A stretch of DNA of 64,000 bases from Styela clava (Eukaryota). Every line of letters begins with the position of its first letter. The first letter of the stretch is position 1. The notes under the pieces were generated by a model. That model was given only the letters and a program-made list of their open reading frames with translations. It did no database searches and was not told the DNA's origin. Below are positions 26,187 through 39,146 of this stretch, piece after piece. The stretch is taken from the NCBI RefSeq assembly GCF_964204865.1, contig NC_135260.1, forward strand, positions 12,710,001-12,774,000. Direction: 5' to 3'. The position numbers were made by a program, and so were the translations under genes.

Positions 26187-26857
26187 GTTCTATTCTGTCA
26201 AATACCAAAATGTGCCTCGCGCAGTCAAGCGAAGTTTTTGGCAGCAGCAGACGACCTCATCAAAGAGTCAGAAATGGATACTGTTACTGAAATTCGAGCT
26301 ACTTCACTCATAGAAAGACACCTTTCTGCAAGACGCATACGAAATATCAACTAGATTGCTCGGAGAATGAATACATACAGTTGTCATTGTTCGAGAACCA
26401 TTTAGTCGCCTTCTTTCTGCAACAATAAAAGATGTGATGGTTACGCTGGTGCAGCTAAAATATTCACAAAAGATATGGCGGAGGGCACGGAGAAGAAATG
26501 GACGGTGCACCTGTTATAATATTGAATGATTTCGTTTTGTATTTGGTAGACTCCAAGTCGAATGCACTACTAGACCAACACTGGAATTATTTCCACAGAC
26601 TGTGTTCATCATGTGAACTTCAATACGGCTATATTGTTCATGTAGACACCATTGATGACGATATGGCCTTTATAGGAAACAAATTTGGATTCAAAAATCT
26701 GACTTTTCCACCTTCTTTCAACAGTTTCACTGACAATGCTAAGGTGCAGAGATATTTTGCCGAAGTATCCCCAAATTCAGTGAAATCACTCTATCAAACT
26801 TATAAAAAGTATTATGAATTATTCAGATTTATGAAACCTTTCGAATTTGAACGATAA
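26187..26857 (+). pseudogene. CHST pseudo-exon (catalytic terminal exon only)
   Basis: High identity to 23299-23994 but with an in-frame TAG (AAC TAG, ~26352) and deletions near 26380 and 26420. Flanking intron and 3' UTR were co-duplicated (~25975-27390). Exons 1-3 are absent. Confidence 0.9.
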
Positions 26858-27842
26858 AAACAGGTAATCACCTAGATAGGCTAATGTGTTTCAAATGTTA
26901 AAGTGAGTGCCGAGGTTTTTGCGTCTTGACTGCTATTTCAACAGTTCACTATAAAAACAAAACACACTGTGATTGGGTATCAGATAATGCCACCTATAGT
27001 GCCAAATCTTATTGAGTTTATCATCAATGTAGATATTACGCAAGTAATGCTCAAAAGTACAAAAAGTGTGTCTATATATATATATGCGTTTCTTTAATTT
27101 GGTCCAAGTCCAATTCTAGTATATCTGCCACATTAATAGTTGTAACCCTGATTTGAATATCCTTCAGAATGGGACGCAATAATTTATTGAGTTAAGCTAT
27201 CGGCACTGTTTTTTTTTTACAAATTTTATGACAGTTTCCTTCCCGTCGTATTTTCTTTTCTTTATTGCAGACATTGTATACATATGATATCATACCGGTG
27301 TTGTTCGCAATATAGTCTTTGCTATAAATTTATTAAGTCTGGTAATTTCTCTCTCTGTATTTGGTATATAAGTTTCAAAATTTCATTTGTCAATTTTTTT
27401 TAATAATTCATTCATTTGATTGGAAATATGTTTAGAAAACCCATTCATACCCAAACTATTTTTTGAGCCCCAAAGGCGGATCTTGTTCAAATTTTGGGTC
27501 AATTTAACGCATTTTTGTGAAATTTACGTTATTTTGTTGTAATAAATGTATTTTGTTGAATTGCTCCTTTGATCATAAACGGTTTGTGTGATCAGATTCT
27601 ACATAATGACGTTCAATTTACAATTCTATCTCTCCGTCGCTATAAATTAGAAATATTTCGCACAGAGGAAACACGTTTTTATGATCTCGTATAACTTGCA
27701 GCAGGATTTCGCTAGCGTTTTGCGGATATGACAGTGGCTAATATTCGATCTTTAACGAAAAGTTTGCTTGCGATACGTGCCACTTGTACTCTGGCTTCTG
27801 TACATTTTAATAGTATATAATATATGCATTACGCTAATATTA

Positions 27843-28532
27843 AACAAGAGATCTCTGCTCAAATATTTGGACACGCGGGCTAAACAAAATATTTTATCAC
27901 CAATTCCCCGAAAATCGGAGTAGCGTGATGGTACAGGGACTGCCATAGCTTTTCCAGGTCATGCGACGATGATCCATTTTTCATAATTCAGTTTCAACGT
28001 GAATTGAAATACCAAATGATCCGAGTGACTATAATTCTCTATAATAAATTCCCCAAAACTATATGCGGTAACTCATCAGTTCTTCTAACGATACCGCTGT
28101 CGTAGCTTTTCCAGGTCTCGTGACGATGATCCATTCTTTGTGATTCAGTTTCAACGTTAATTCGGATACCAACTGATCGAGTCACTTCCGTATTACCAGA
28201 CCAGGTCCCACAGTCCAACGTCTCCTATCGAAAACTTCCCACTTTAAGCACTAGATCCACCGCGTTCGTTGAGCACGGAATCGGCTGATATGCGCTCGCG
28301 GAACCACCACAAGGTGGCAAATTTTGGTGACGTCATAGCACACAAAAAACGAATCCCGTAGAGCTCACAAAAGTATTTGAAATGAATATAAGTAATAAAA
28401 TCAATTTTTAACCACTGAAAATTAGTCGAGTAGTTGAAAAAAAAGGCGATACGAAGAAGAATACTAACAACAAGGACAAGAACAACAACATAATAACAAA
28501 ACGATCCATAAGTTCACTACGTGTCCAATAAT
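27843..28532 (+). mobile_element. HINE/Helentron-like non-autonomous element, family 2
   Basis: Starts AACAAGAG. Subterminal inverted repeat TTGGACACG (27867) and CGTGTCCAA (28520). (AAC)n tract. Internal ~85-bp direct repeat (27946 and 28103). Related copies at 36423-36735, 50849-51270, 17500-17735 (-) and 56140-56345 (-). Confidence 0.6.
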
Positions 28533-29276
28533 ACGAAAACGATTCATGAGTCCACTCCGTGTCCAACGAGTAAAATAAATTAGTAATACTACGCGCAACG
28601 CAAGGTATACAACGTAAAATTCCTACCTGAAATCATCCACGGTTGAAAAACCTAACTGACCTAGCCTATTGCCATTCTGTACATTGAAGATAATTTGCAT
28701 GTAATTGACTTCATTAAGATCCAGGATTGATGAGATTGCTACCGCCAAAGTGTCGAAGGTACATAAGCTGATTCTAGAGCGCTTGAAGTGCCTAAGCTAT
28801 ACTAGTCTAATTGGTGTGGTGACATGAAACTGAATAAAACATGCGTCTCGAATTTCAAAGGAAATTTAATGACAAAGCAGGATCACAAAGGGTCATTGCC
28901 CAGTAATATTACCGGTATTCCATTAGTATATGTACCGGGTTAAGGTTAGGCCATAATTTCATTCCGATTTCCCGTATTTTAGTTTTATTACGAGTTCGGG
29001 GACTGTTTGTGTTAGCCAAGCTAAGATACCACCCGTAGGCTTTCATCCCTTTACTCAACTTGGCGTGAAGGAGACACAAAATTAGTTACCTTCATATTGG
29101 TACTTCTGAAACGCCAAATTGCCTGTGCAGCTAAAGTGGGGGCGAGTGAGAATATTTTCATTCTGGTTTATGTACAAATCAAAGCCAATGCTGTAAAGAT
29201 TGTTTAGGATAGATGTACTCCTGTCACAGCATCATCCAGACTGCCGTTCCTCCCGCCCAAAGCTGTTGGCATACAA

Positions 29277-29976
29277 CAGGGGTCGGCAATCTACGGCCCG
29301 CGGGCCATATTCGGCCCGCAAAGTTAAATAATCCGGCACGCGATGCTTCACTGAAATTCAGCGACAAAAAAGCGACTGCGAATTTTAACCATAATTCAAT
29401 TTTATAATCTACGCACGATCGGCTGAAAAGCCCCACAAGCAACTTTGATTTTGTTTCTGGAACACGGGAGTTACGAAACGATTTTTTCTTTTTTCTCTCG
29501 CTTTGCGGACTTCCGTTTTCTTGAAAACTAATTCGGGCTGTTTACTTCGTTTGATGTCAACGTTGCAACGATACAGTTGCTGAAAATATTCAAATGCAAT
29601 TTCTTGAGATGTAATGCAATGAGGAAATTAAATCTATTTTCTATTCGTGAGATGTGTCACTGCTTGATTTTTATAAGAAGTATCTTCTTGAAGGGAGTTT
29701 ATATCCAAATTTGAGAAGCTATCAAGCGTAAGGCAACAACATGTGTGACATTGAATGTCATTTGTACATTTTAAGCCTGGTAAGACGACTTGAGTCACGA
29801 GTCGTCACGGTGTTCGCTTGCTATTTAAAGTTGAAATTTAAACTTCTGATCAGGGTAAAAAATGTAATTTATCAGCCACCCGTTCGGTTTTTAACTTTCC
29901 TAAAAAATATGTTCGGCCCGTCAAGATTGCAACCCTTGATTTTGGCCCGCGAGCGACAAAAGGTTGGTGACTCCTG
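29277..29976 (+). mobile_element. hAT (Charlie/SPIN-like) deletion derivative with transposase remnant
   Basis: Ends CAGGGGTCGGCAA and TTGGTGACTCCTG, GGCCCGC subterminal motifs, TSD-like GCATACAA and GCCAACAA. Internal broken frame ENIQMQFLEM*CNEEIKSIFYS*DVSLLDFYKKYLLEGSLYPNL resembles the GTF2IRD2-type transposase C-terminus. Confidence 0.8.
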
Positions 29977-30535
29977 GCCAACAATAAAGAGGTGAATTTG
30001 CATGTCATAGTCATAGAACATTGTATTTATATCATTCACTGAATGGAAAAAATAAACTTGAGACTATGATTTCTTTGGTATCGGCCATATAGTCAAATTT
30101 CAGATGAACAGTCTGCGTTACACAAAATAAACATATTGTCGGGAGTAAGTAAAAATACCCAGATAATATCAATTATGTCAAGCTATCCACAAACAAGACG
30201 TAATCTCAGCAAAAATGCAAATTTCCGAAAATACTTGATGTTAAAAATGTTTTTAAAAACTTCTGGGTGTATTGAGTTTTAAATGCCTAAATCCGCTGAA
30301 CTACATTCACTTCTACGGCTTGGTCTATGAATGACGCATTATATGTAAGGCCGCAGTTTAATTTTATATTGGGAAACTTGGGAAATGCAATATTTATTTT
30401 AGGAATATGTATTGATGGCTAGCTAGCTAACTGACATTCATCGTTGATTACACGGTCTGGTACACACAGATTGTCGGCAACCGACAGGGTAAGTGTACGC
30501 TTCAAATATTCAGGAATGAAATTCAATGATACAAG

Positions 30536-32641
30536 ATGAAGGTAATAGCAGCGGGTTTCCCTAAAACTGGAACAAAATCTGTTTGCAAAGCCTTGCGAAC
30601 TTTGGGATATACAGTCTATGATTTCGAAGAAAACTCTACCTATTTAGCTGACGACTGGGCTCAGATTTTACACCATGGATGGACAACAGAACATTTCCAG
30701 AAAATGTATAAAGATATTGACGCTGTAACTGACTACCCGGCGTGTTGCTTCTGGGAAGAAATCTATAAAGCTTTTCCAGATTCAAAGGTTTTTAGACTTA
30801 TACTAGACGTTATTATAATGCTGTGATCTTGTTATCAAGGACGCTGATTGGAACCGAGGGTCGCTCGATGTATTAGGAACAAGATGGCATAGTCAACACT
30901 GTTTGCATATAGTTGACATCATTATGGCCTGTCTGATAAGCAAACAACCAGTCTCCGTATTTCACGCACGGGCTGTCATTTGAGAATCACGTTTATAATT
31001 CACCGGATTCACGCACTAAGCGTCACTTGATTTTTACGATTTTTTTTATCAATTTATTCATTAGATAGGAAAAAAGTATGCTTAGTCATTTATGATATAT
31101 ATGCGTAATTTTCGCCCAAAGTTTTTTGTTTTATAATCGGACAAAATATTTCCGAATTTAATTGAGAGCTGAAAACGGCAAATGAGAAAACGTCCAGGTA
31201 AAAAAGGTTTATTAGGATTTACATATTTATCCCGGGGAGAGGAAAGCCGATAAGACGGCTTACCTATAGTATATGACAAACCACGGCCTCTCGTCCGGTT
31301 ACCTTTCCATGCCTGGTATGGGATTAGTTGGTTATTTGTTTCTAGGAAGCATGGACATGATGATGGGGGAAGCCGTAATCGACCGGCGGTTACGTGAACT
31401 CCCCTACGGCGGCGAGGAGTCCAGCAATCCTCTCGCACATAACGACTCCCACATGGGATTCGAACCTGCGAACCCACGCAGAGTAATCGGAGGTGCGATG
31501 GCGAGCGTATCCCCAACTCTTAGCACGATGAGCCACACCGCCACGTAAATAATTGCTTATCTATATTCAGATTATTTTAATGATCAGGGATGATGAAGAA
31601 TCCTGGTTCACGAGTGCAGCAAATCAAATACGAGAGGGTGAGAGCAAGATGATCTTGCGACTATTCACTTTGATATCACCGACAGGAAACAGAATGATGG
31701 TTAATGTTAAAAATTATGGTGAGAAATTTTTAAATCAGTATGAAAGGAACCAGTTCAATTGTAATTTCGGTACAAATTATAGTAGTACTCAACATTTATA
31801 TTCTTTGAGGATGCATCCATAAAGTTAGATAATTTTAAAATCATAAACCACTTTTACTTTTTATGGATTATTTTGCATTTTAATAAGCATCTGTCGTTTT
31901 GTTCCTCCTAGGTAGAATTGCTTTTGGGATAAATGATTCATTTTTATGGAAGCCATTTAGTCTGTCGTATCTGAATGAACAGCTGATGAAATTGAAATAC
32001 AGGGCTCATAACGCATATGTTTTGCAGGTAAATTCACCGATATGTTGTTGATTTATCATGTTAATGGGCATGGAGTAGACATATGAATTTTTTTCTAATG
32101 CTGTTATTGTAATTGTGGCCAAATATTAGCTTTCGAACTTTTAAATAACCAGTTCTCAAAATAGAAGTTTGTTCGTTGAGCATATTACTTTTGCAGCAAA
32201 TCACATTTTCCTAGAATGCCTGGTAACAGTTTTTTTCATTCGGAATTATGGTGCCTTTAGAATGTCTACTACGAGTATTTTGTTGTTCCCATGTCGAATT
32301 GAAGTTACAGCTATCGCAAATTTCTTTTTCTGCCTAAACAGTTTAGCGTTTAACGTTGTAACTACGTAGAAATTTTGATAATATTCAAACCGATTTAGAA
32401 TGCTCCTCCGGAAAAGCTTCTCGTATTCAAGTGTTCAGAAGGATGGGAACCTTTGTGCAAGTTTCTAGATGTTCCGATGCCTGATTTGCCGTTCCCGCAC
32501 AAAAACAAAGGTGCAACCCTAACAAACGAGATTTTAGAAGGGAATCCATTTGTACAAAAGATGAAAAAGGAAGTTCAAATGGCACTATTCGTAATAGTAA
32601 TTTGTACCGCTATTGTAGTGTATTTCTTTTTCAATAGTTAG
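30536..32641 (+). CDS. Sulfotransfer_4-type P-loop sulfotransferase with C-terminal TM anchor, 252 aa, copy A
   Basis: Exons 30536-30787, 31571-31718, 31912-32027, 32399-32641 (759 nt). Motifs MKVIAAGFPKTGTKS, DAVTDYP, FPDSKIILMIRD..SWF.S, YRAHNAYV, EGWEPLCKFL..P.FPHKN, hydrophobic tail ALFVIVICTAIVVYFFF. Confidence 0.9.
31213..31544 (-). mobile_element. tRNA-derived SINE in intron 1 of Sulfotransfer_4 copy A
   Basis: Minus-strand head GTGGCGGTGTGGCTCATCGTGCTAA (A box), GGTTCGAATCC (B box, 31466-31456), AT-rich tail. Absent from the paralogous intron of copy B (~34275). Confidence 0.88.
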
Positions 32642-33635
32642 ATAGTTAATATTCGTTTAATAGTAAACCATTGAAATTTAATATAATAGTAGCGATTGTT
32701 TTGTCGACATGCTCATAATAAAAAATAACAATGAGGCTTCATCTTGCGTTGGTTTTATTTGGGGAAACGCATAGACCAAAATATATGGATTGAAGACTAC
32801 TATTCTCTAAGATAAATAGATAGGAACGATATTATTATCGAGAGCATGCGACATAGAAATTTCTCATTACTCAGGACCACGAGAAGTGCTAACAAAATAC
32901 ATTGAACAAACACTTCCATTAGTATAACATTTATCCCAGTTCTGGTCTTTTTACTGTGGTTCTTAGATCAGCTACTTAAGATACCGGATTGGTATTTTAA
33001 AACGCAGCTCCGTTGAGCCTTTCCCGACGAAATTTGAGAGAAATGTATTTTGTCTCACACCTCGTGGATGTTCGGATTTCATAATGTAAAACAATAATCA
33101 TACCCGAAAAAACAGCACTGAATCAAAGACCTGCACAATAAACATATGAACAAATGTTGACATAACATAAACATGGACATTTTAGTCTGTGACACATTGC
33201 AATTGTATTGGCGTTTGGAGTACAGGGACATTGCAGAATACACCAAGACGTAATCTCAGCAAATTTATGCTGTGATGGCCACATTCCCGGAAAACCTTGA
33301 TGTTAGAAATGTTTTTCAAAATTCTGTTTGTATTGAGTTTTAAATGCCTAAAACCGCTGAACTAAATTCAATTCTACTACTTCGTCTATGCATAGCGCAT
33401 CATATGTAAGGCCGCAGTTTATTTTTATATTGGAAAATCTTGTTTAATTGCATTCTTTATTTTAGGAATACGTATGTAGATTTGAGATATATTGCAGAAC
33501 TTGATACATCAGTCTAGCTAGCCTATCTAGCAGACATTCATCGTTAGCTACACGGTCTGGTGCACACAGATTATCAGCCAGCCTCAGGATAATTGTACGC
33601 TCCAAACATTCAGGAATGAAATTAAGTGATACACG

Positions 33636-35385
33636 ATGAAGGTAATAGCGGCGGGTTTCCCTAAAACTGGAACGAAATCTGTTTGCACGGCGCTGCGAAT
33701 TTTGGGATATACAGTCTATGATTTCGAAGAAAACGCTACCTATTTAGCTGACGAGTGGGCTCAGATTTTACACCATGGATGGACAACAGAACATTTCCGG
33801 AATATGTATAAAGATATTGACGCTGTAACTGACTTCCCGGCGTGTTGTTTCTGGGAAGAAATCTACAAAGCTTTTCCAGATTCAAAGGTTTGTAGACGTT
33901 ATTATAATGTTGTGATCTTATTATCAAGAACGCTGATGTGAACTGGGTGTCGTTCGATGCATTAGGAACAAGATGGCATAGTCAACAGTGATTGCATATA
34001 GTTGACACCATTTTGGCCTGTCTGATAAGCAAGCCAGTCTCCGTATTTCACGCACGGGCTGTTATTTGAGAATCACGTTTATAATTCACCGTAATCACGC
34101 ACTAAGCGTCGTTGATTTTTACGATTTTTATTATCGATTTATTCATTAATAGGAAAAAAGTATGTTTAGTCATGATATGCGTAAGTTTTTTGTTTAATAA
34201 TCGAACAAAATAATTCCGAATTCAATTGAATGCTGAAAACGACAATTAAGAAAACGTCCGTGTAGAAATGGTTTATTGTAATTGCTTTTCTATCCATATT
34301 CAGATTATTTTAATGATCAGAGATGATGAAGAATCCTGGTTCATGAGTGCAGCAAATCAAATACGAGAGAGTGAGAGCAAGATAATCGCGCGACTATTCA
34401 CTTGGATATCTCCAACAGGAAGTAGAATGATGGTCAATTTTGAAAATTATGGTGAGAAATTTTTAAATCAGTATGAAAGGAACAGTGCAATTGTCATTTC
34501 GGTACAAATTATAGTAGTACTCAACACTTATATTCTTTGAGGATGCATCCATAAAGTAAGATAATCTTAAAATCATAAACCACTTTTCCCTTTTATGGAC
34601 TATTTTGCCTTTTATGATCATCTAACGTATTGTTCCTCCTAGGTAGAATTGCTTTTGGGATAAATGATTCATTTTTATGGAAGCCATTTAGTCTGTCGTA
34701 TCTGAATGAACAGCTGATGAAATTGAAATACAGGGCTCATAACGCATATGTTTTGCAGGTAAATTCACCGATATGTTGTTGATTTATCATGTTATTGGGC
34801 ATGGAGTGCACATATGAATTTTTTTCTAATGTTGTTAGTTTCTATGCTGTTTTTGTAATTGTGACCAAATATTAGCTTCCCAACTTTCAAAATGCCAGTT
34901 TTCAAAATGGAAGTTTGTTCTTCAAAACTATTACTTTTGCAGCAAATCACATTTTCCTAAATTCCCTGGTAACATTTTTTTATTCGGAATTCTGCTGTCT
35001 TTTGAATGTCTGTTACGAGAATTTTGTTATTCGATTTGTATTGTGGTTATAGCTATTGCAAATATCTTTTTCTGCTCAACCCGTTCAGTTTTTTTCATGT
35101 TGTAACTACGTAGAAATTTGAATGATATTCAAACCGATTTAGAATGCTCCTCCGGAAAAGCTTCTCGTGTTCAAGTGTTCAGATGGATGGGAACCTTTGT
35201 GCAAGTTTCTAGATGTTCCGATGCCTGATTTGCCGTTCCCGCACAAAAACAAAGGTGCAACCCTAACAAACGAGATATTAGAGGGGAATCCATTTGTACA
35301 AAAGATGAAAAAGGAAGTTCAAATAGCACTATTCGTAATAGTAATTTGTACCGCTATTGTAGTGTATTTCTTTTTCATCAGTTAG
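33636..35385 (+). CDS. Sulfotransfer_4-type sulfotransferase with C-terminal TM anchor, 252 aa, copy B
   Basis: Exons 33636-33887, 34304-34451, 34643-34758, 35143-35385. Same exon sizes and motifs as copy A. Confidence 0.9.
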
Positions 35386-36422
35386 ATAGTTAATAACAGT
35401 TCTAATTTGATATAACAAGAGCGATTGATTTATCGACATGCTCGTAATAAAAAATACGAATGAGTCATCATCTGGCGCTAGTTTTGATTGGGAAAACGCA
35501 TAGACCAAAATATATGGATTGACGACTACTTTAGACTTGAATTAACGCATTCATGACACATAAAACTTTATAGTTATAGGTTAATGAGGAACGAGATTTC
35601 CCGTTACTCGGAACCACGCGAAGTGCTAACAAAATACAATGAACAAACACTTACGTTAGAATAACATTTGTCACAGTTCTGGTCTTTTTACTGTGGTTGG
35701 TAAATCGAATACTCAAGATTCCAGATTGCTATTTCAAAACGCAACTACCCTTGAGCCTTTCCCGACGAAATTTGAGAGAAATGTATTTTGTCTCACACCT
35801 CGTGGATGTTCGGATTTCATAATGTAAGACAATAATCATACCCGACAAAACAGCACTGAATCAAAGACCTGCACAATAAACATATAAAAAAATATTGACA
35901 TAACATAAACACGGACATTTTAGTCTGTGACACATTGCAATTGTATTGGCGTTTAGAGTACAGGGACATTGCAGAATAGACTAAAACCCGGTGTGTAATG
36001 AAACTTATCTCCATGTGGCACAAAAAAAACGAATTAATAATTTGAAGGTGTTGCATTTTCTGGTGGAATTTTCATCCAAATTTAGCTGTGCTGTAAATAT
36101 CCATGGATTATAATATCGCGGAATTTTTTCAATCGGTGCTGGACTTTTCTTGTTTATACCGTGACTTATATTAAATGAAAGCGTGAATTAGCTAGTCAGG
36201 TACTCGTTTAAGATGCTCTGGATTTTATTAAATGCTGAATCTGTGAAAGCGGCGATGTGACTAGCGACCTCGATGGTTATAGAGTATTTTACGCATTTAT
36301 TTCGGAAAGACAGAAAGTTTATAAAATAGCTAAATCATGTAGCGAATCATTATCTTTTGTTAACCGTCGTTCTGGGTATAGCTATTTCCAAGACACTTGA
36401 CCGTATTTTCATCCCACAGGAT

Positions 36423-36735
36423 TAACAAGAGAGCGATGCTTAAATATATATACACGAAGATCACAACCAAATATGCAATCTGTCGCAGCAGACTACCGGT
36501 ACCGCAATGTTCACGACTTCACCTGACAACCAGATCAGTGAACCGCCACAAGGTGCGCAATTTTGATGACGTCATCGCACCCAAATAAACGAATCTCATA
36601 GAGCCCACTGAAATTTTTAAAATATAATGAAAGGTATTCTGGCGAAAAGTACAATCTGTAACCACTAAAATTTTCAAAGCAATTGGTCCACTAGTTGATG
36701 AAAAGAAAAAAATTTCACAAGAAGAAGATAGAAAA
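36423..36735 (+). mobile_element. HINE-like family 2 copy (3'-degenerate)
   Basis: AACAAGAGAGCG start and shared core GACGTCAT...AACGAATC...ACCACTAAAATTTTCAAAGCAATTGGTCCA. Confidence 0.55.
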
Positions 36736-36816
36736 AAGAAATGTATATGTATCCATATGTACACTTCATGTCTAATAAGAAAAGACGAGTACCGGCATAC
36801 AATGTCTGCGCTAGAT

Positions 36817-37075
36817 GTGAGATTGAGCTCAAAAATTCCAGCTTGGCCCGACCCGGGCCCGTGGGTATTAAACCCGAACCGACCCGAGGCGGACAAATTA
36901 ACTGGATTTGCAGGCCAGAGCCCGAAGCAAACCAGAAATTTCGTATTTTATTTAGAAGTTTTTTGAATTCCACACATAGTTTTAGTATATATATATTTTT
37001 TATAAACATATATTAATGTAAAACAAAGTCAGCGATAGAGAAGCCCGACCCGACCCGCACGCACGCCAATCTCTG
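36817..37075. mobile_element. Degenerate hAT-like MITE with CCCGA subterminal repeats
   Basis: Ends GAGATTG and GCCAATCTCTG, with clusters of (A/G)CCCGA near both ends. Confidence 0.55.
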
Positions 37076-37421
37076 CAAATCGTTATACACACAAAAGCGT
37101 TATAAGCAAGTAAAACAATTGAACAATATTAAATATGGCAAGTCGCTGGGCAAATAAGACGTAATGCAATCAAAAATGTCAAGTTTTGCTCAAGTACTTC
37201 ATGTTGGAAATGGTTCGTTTACGGCAGGGCTTCCCAACATGCTCCAGGTTGACCCTCATTGGTCCACAGCGCGATTCCATGGGGTCCACTGATGAAGTTA
37301 TATTAAATGAGTACTTTTCCTTGAAGATATTGCACTTCTCATATGTTGTTGGATGAACTGATATAAACGAAAAAGCACTTGTTAGATTAGTGCTTAGTGT
37401 ATTAGTGTTAGTGGATTAGAC

Positions 37422-38690
37422 CAGTGATTCCCAAAGTGGGCGATATCGCCCCCCAGTGGGCGAAAACGATACAGAGGGGGGCGAAAAAGTTGAAAGGGGC
37501 GATAGGGGGGCGATTTCGCGAAACCTGTTTTATGTTCGGCGCACCTAATTCTGTAATCTGTGTGCATTCGCAGGCTTGAATCACGTGGGCGATTATCACA
37601 CGCGAAAGGTTTTCTGGACTCGTCTTCGCAGTAAGGTACGGTAGTTGCGTATCCCAGTGGTCGGCAAAATACGGCCGGAGTAAAATAATCTGGCCCGGGA
37701 CGATTCACTGAATGGACCTTCCCCGACCTTTGATCGCGGAAAATTCTTCCCATACTTTACCATTTTAAATTTTTCGGTGTTTATTTTAAGTGTGGTTTCG
37801 CGAGTTGTTGCCTGTAAAATGGGGTATTTGTTTCAAACTATCATTCTAATACACACCATTCAACAATCTGTTTTTTAAAAGTACCGATAAAGAATTTGAT
37901 CCTAGTCTATCACAGCTATTCCTACACTAATTTTTGATTCCTGTAATTTAACTGAAACTCATAAGAAGACAAAGTAATCATTGATTTATTTGATTCATAT
38001 TTAAATTTCTGAAAAACAACTAAAAACTAACGAACATAATTCAAAATCGCGAAACTGAGGTAATGTTCACGACCACGCCTGAGAATCTGTCTGAGTGAGC
38101 GTGTCTGAGCGGATGTGAAAGGGGGCATTGTCACGTTTTCTGCATCTTGCTGATTGGCCAATGTTACGAAGTAAACAAGGAAGTCTATGTCCGGGTAAAC
38201 ATTCAAACGGCGGTTTTGACGATGATTTTTTTTTTATTTATAATCTACGCTCGAGGAGTAAATTACATTTTTTTACGTAACAGAATTTATCGTGAGACAC
38301 GTTTGGACTAAATTTTATTATATCCTAAAGCAAAGAACTGGGATTAGTGATTCCCATTTAGAAAATATTCCAATCTTGGCGTCGTAAAGCTATCCAGCGT
38401 GATGCAGCAACAAGACAGTGCCACATTAAATGTCATTGTAATATTTTTTTAATAAGACGACTGAGTTGAGTTCACGAATTGTCGCAGTTTTCGCGCACTG
38501 TTCCGTTTTTAATTTCAAAAAATTTATTCGACCCGCAAAAAATATGGCAACGCTGAATTTTGTCCCGTGAGCGACATAAAATTTGCCGTCCCCTGGGCCG
38601 TAGCCGATAGTCGATCACCCGAGTCGGGGGCGATGAAGTTGTATAAACTACTATAGGGGGGCGATTGTCGAAAAAGTTTGGGAACCATTG
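37422..38690. mobile_element. Non-autonomous hAT element, 1269 bp
   Basis: TIRs CAGTGATTCCCAAA and TTTGGGAACCATTG. Perfect 8-bp TSD GATTAGAC (37414-37421 and 38691-38698). GGGGCGA subterminal motifs. Contains the end of a second hAT (…TTTGCCGTCCCCTG, ~38594). Confidence 0.92.
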
Positions 38691-39035
38691 GATTAGACTG
38701 TATCTAACTGAAAAATATCAGAAGATTAATGGTAATATCAGGATACTAAATGTTTATTCATTGTTTTGTAACCATATTTTTACTGCTTTTTAAATCAAAT
38801 TTGAATGTTAGAATTAATTCTACGGGCATAGAATAATGGCTAATTTTAAGAATATCGGCAAGAAGTGTTTTCAAATCTGGTAGAGTTCATTTTGGACGAA
38901 TTCATCTGGCGATAGACATTAGGTCCTATATCTCGACAACGTAACGTTAAAATCTTCTTCAACTTTTGCGTGGTTTCTTCTTCATTATATAGCCTATCTT
39001 AAACATAAGTTGTTTTGTTCCCTTTAGATAGAATT

Positions 39036-39146
39036 TCGGAGCTCCAGAAGTATGTGCACAAAGATGGCACACATCCTGAACATAGTATGTGTATCAGGTT
39101 AGGGTTCAGGCTGTGCGCCATCTTGGTTCACATACGTCGGGAGCGA
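39036..39146. mobile_element. Hairpin MITE, copy 2
   Basis: GCTCCAGAAGTATGTGCACAAAGATGGCACA...TGTGCGCCATCTTGGTTCACATAC; homologous to 16691-16814. Confidence 0.7.

Larger units (their letters stand above)
30194..35978 (+). repeat. Direct tandem duplication (unit A 30194-33243, unit B 33244-35978)
   Basis: Both units start CAAGACGTAATCTCAGCAAA and end GGGACATTGCAGAATA. They are colinear over promoter, four exons, introns and 3' flank. Confidence 0.92.

Noticed and set aside
29213-29995. ORFs 29213-29407, 29224-29442 and 29741-29995
   Set aside because: They fall in the termini of the hAT element; the real transposase remnant is a separate broken segment.
31440-31544. tRNA gene (A and B boxes present)
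   Set aside because: No full cloverleaf, box spacing is too long, it continues into a body and tail, and it is absent from the paralogous intron. It is a SINE head.
36519-37753. Several 60-125 aa GC-rich ORFs
   Set aside because: They overlap MITE and HINE-like sequence and have no splice context or protein motifs.
39098-39110. Telomere-like GGTTAGGG
   Set aside because: A single unit inside the loop of a hairpin MITE, not an array.
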